Source: an uncultured Planctomycetaceae bacterium (GTDB taxonomy: Bacteria; Planctomycetota; Planctomycetia; Isosphaerales; Isosphaeraceae). From it: 64,000 nucleotides of DNA. A model generated the notes under the pieces. That model saw only the letters and a program-made list of their open reading frames with translations. It did not search any database and was not told where the DNA came from. Shown here in pieces: positions 61,887 through 64,000 of this stretch; positions within the stretch are counted from its first letter, which is position 1, and the number at the start of each line of letters is the position of its first letter. The stretch lies in assembly GCA_963833985.1 (NCBI GenBank), contig CAWIAD010000001.1, forward strand, positions 1,856,001-1,920,000, given 5' to 3'. A program made the translations under genes and the position numbers.

Positions 61887-63308
61887 TCATTGCTGGAGGA
61901 GCTCGGGCTGAACGCTGTCGGGATCGAGCACCACCTCATCCCCCTCGCTCAGCCCGGCCACAACTTCCAGCAGATCACGTGTGGCCTCGTTGACCTGAAC
62001 GGGCCTGCGCTCGAGATGACCGTCGTGGTCCATGTAGCAGAAGCAATGATCGTCCTCCACGACGATCGTGCTCGCCGGCACGGCCAGCACGTCGTGACGC
62101 AGGTCCGTCGACAAGGTGACCTCGGCCGTCATTCCCGGGCGCAGGCGGGACGGCAGGTCCTCGAGCTGAACATGACCCAGGAAGTACGTGACCTCGCTGC
62201 CCGACTCCATCCTCTGGTCCGACATCGGCACCGGGGCGATCGACTCCAGGTTGCCTCGCAACGTTTCCTCCGAGAGCGCCTCGATGCGGATGCGCGTTTC
62301 CATGCCGGGATGAACCCGCTTGACGATCGTCTCGTGGAGCAAGACCTCGACCTCCAGCCGCGACTGGTCCGGCAGCGTGAACAGCGGCATGCGCTCGCGG
62401 ACCGGCGCCCCGAGGTAGATTCTGGGCTCGCGATTCGGCCGGTTGGCGTAGACCACGTAGCCTCCGTGGGGCGCTCGCACCGTGCAACGCTCGACCAGCT
62501 GCCGGTAGTGCGCGAGCCGGTCTTCCTCCTGGTTCAGCCGGGTTTTCATGTAATTGAGCGTCGCCTGCGCCGAGATGATCTGACTCTGCAACGAGAGGAG
62601 TTCCTTGGGCACAGTGAAATGGCGGTAATTCGCCAGCGCCAGCTCGTCGTTCGCCAGCCCCGTCGCGACCTTGGCCAGGGCGATCTCGTCGCTCCGAACC
62701 TGGGCCAGTGAAACATAGCCCTTCTCGAGCATCCGCCGCGACCAGGCCAGACGGTCGGTGACACGGGCCACATCGGCTTTTTCCAGCGAGATCTGTCCCA
62801 GGTAGTCACGCTCGACCTGCACCTGCTCGCCCTCTCGATAAGAGTCGAGCGCGATCCGGGCCACGTCCAGCGCCAGCGCAGCCTGGACATATTCGGCCCT
62901 GGCCTGGCTCGCCGCGATCTGCTGGGTGCGCACCAGCTCCTCATAGCCCGAAGCATCCATCTCGCACAGCAGATCGCCCTGCTTGACGACCGAGCCATCC
63001 GGGACCAGGCTGATGATGGTCGATGCGCCCGTGCCCAGCGAACTTTGCGGGCCCGGGAGATTGAGCTGCTCCAGCCCGCAACGGATGAGCGTGCTCTGCT
63101 CGCTGGTCACCCGCCCCGTTGCGAGAATGGAGCCACTCAGGTCCGCACGGCGAACCCGCACGGTTTCGATGTTGTGAGGACGCGAGCGGGACCGCCGCAA
63201 GGTGGCAATCACCGGACCACCGACCCCCAGCACGATGGCCGGCGCCAGAACGGCGACCAGCCAGAGCGGCACCCTCGGCTTCATCCCTTTCCACTGGCGA
63301 TGACTCAT
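61887..63308 (-). CDS. Efflux RND/HlyD-family periplasmic adaptor subunit
   Basis: N-terminal TM, VPDGSVVKQGD, coiled coil, VRAPHGG, LRPGMTAEV, GLSEGDEVV. Confidence 0.9.
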   Translation of the reverse strand: MSHRQWKGMKPRVPLWLVAVLAPAIVLGVGGPVIATLRRSRSRPHNIETVRVRRADLSGSILATGRVTSEQSTLIRCGLEQLNLPGPQSSLGTGASTIISLVPDGSVVKQGDLLCEMDASGYEELVRTQQIAASQARAEYVQAALALDVARIALDSYREGEQVQVERDYLGQISLEKADVARVTDRLAWSRRMLEKGYVSLAQVRSDEIALAKVATGLANDELALANYRHFTVPKELLSLQSQIISAQATLNYMKTRLNQEEDRLAHYRQLVERCTVRAPHGGYVVYANRPNREPRIYLGAPVRERMPLFTLPDQSRLEVEVLLHETIVKRVHPGMETRIRIEALSEETLRGNLESIAPVPMSDQRMESGSEVTYFLGHVQLEDLPSRLRPGMTAEVTLSTDLRHDVLAVPASTIVVEDDHCFCYMDHDGHLERRPVQVNEATRDLLEVVAGLSEGDEVVLDPDSVQPELLQQ

Positions 63309-63602
63309 CAGAATCCGCGCTCCATCCGCGGCGACCCGCGGCCTTCAGTCCGCGCCGCTCGCTCATTGAGTTGAGATGCCACGAACAGTTCCGGGCAGAG
63401 GTTCGGTTGGCGTGACGGTCGTGGCGGGAATGCCCGGCCTGCCGGGTTCTTCTGCGAGGGTATCTCCCGCAAGGCTTGTTCCTCGTACAGCATTCTCGCC
63501 GCGGGAGATGAGATTTCCATGAGGGGAAGCTAAGTTCCGCTTCACATTGGCTCTGCCGAAAGCGAAAGCTGACCCGGTGATGCCGCTGGCGGCCAATGAA
63601 AG

Positions 63603-63631
63603 AGGGAGAGAAACCCTGCGGCTCTCTCCCT
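63603..63631 (-). terminator. Hairpin downstream of the Clp ATPase gene
   Basis: AGGGAGAGA...TCTCTCCCT, followed by a short T-rich tail on the minus strand. Confidence 0.5.
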
Positions 63632-63670
63632 TGAAAGAATCAGTCCTGGTTTGTTGACGCAGGCCGCGGA

Positions 63671-64000
63671 TCAGGAACCGGACTTGCCGGGCGCGGCGTC
63701 CGCTCCGCCGCCCACAGCAGCCAGAGCATGACCCTGCGCTCCATCCTTGGTGGTGGCGTGGAACTTGAGCCGTCTCGACTCCTCCTCGCCCTCCACCTCG
63801 ACGACGATCACGTTCTTGCCCGTGAACGAGCCACGGAGGATCTCCTCGCTGAGCGGGTTCTCGATCATGTTCTCGATTGCCCGGCGCAGGGGCCGCGCAC
63901 CGTAATCGGGGTTGTAGCCCTTGAGGATCAGGTGGTCCTTGGCCTCGTCGGTGAGGATCAGCTCCAGCCCGCGGTCGGCCATGCGGCCCCGGATCTTGGA
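63671..64000 (-). CDS. Clp protease ATP-binding subunit (ClpC/ClpB-type), C-terminal part only
   Basis: GYNPDYGARPLRRAIE (D2-small domain); 5' part lies outside the window. Confidence 0.9.
   Translation of the reverse strand, partial: SKIRGRMADRGLELILTDEAKDHLILKGYNPDYGARPLRRAIENMIENPLSEEILRGSFTGKNVIVVEVEGEEESRRLKFHATTKDGAQGHALAAVGGGADAAPGKSGS

Overview
GC-rich bacterial chromosomal window. The gene content (DUF1501/DUF1549-DUF1553/PPC/cytochrome c-WD40 module, Uma2 nuclease, PEP-CTERM, LRR and Ser/Thr kinase genes) points to Planctomycetota, probably Isosphaeraceae-like; this is inference. From left to right: a partial P1B-type ATPase; a catabolic cluster (class III aminotransferase, DUF1338/HglS-like protein, acyl-CoA carboxyltransferase, AtuA pair, enoyl-CoA hydratase, acyl-CoA synthetase) interrupted by a HEPN-like/degenerate-MNT-like gene pair; the planctomycete DUF1501 module; a glycoamylase-family hydrolase; and a short MetE-like enzyme. 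An accessory patch follows at about 24.9-30.9 kb, with GTAG-REP elements, a 6x23-bp tandem array derived from a REP arm, a helicase-associated-domain gene, a toxin remnant plus orphan antitoxin, and an LRR gene. Next come an MBL/xylB/GT39 run, a complete IS4 element with an 11-bp TSD, and then mostly housekeeping genes (ispG, gabD-like, fusA, HIT, PIN/TRAM, aminotransferase, HtrA, RlmN-like, MMPL, HlyD, partial Clp ATPase). Ten frameshifts are seen. Nine are apparent 1-bp deletions at a GCGC site, which looks like a systematic sequencing artefact, possibly methylation-linked, rather than real pseudogenisation. No rRNA, tRNA or CRISPR array was recognised. All family assignments come from motif recognition by eye, not database searches.
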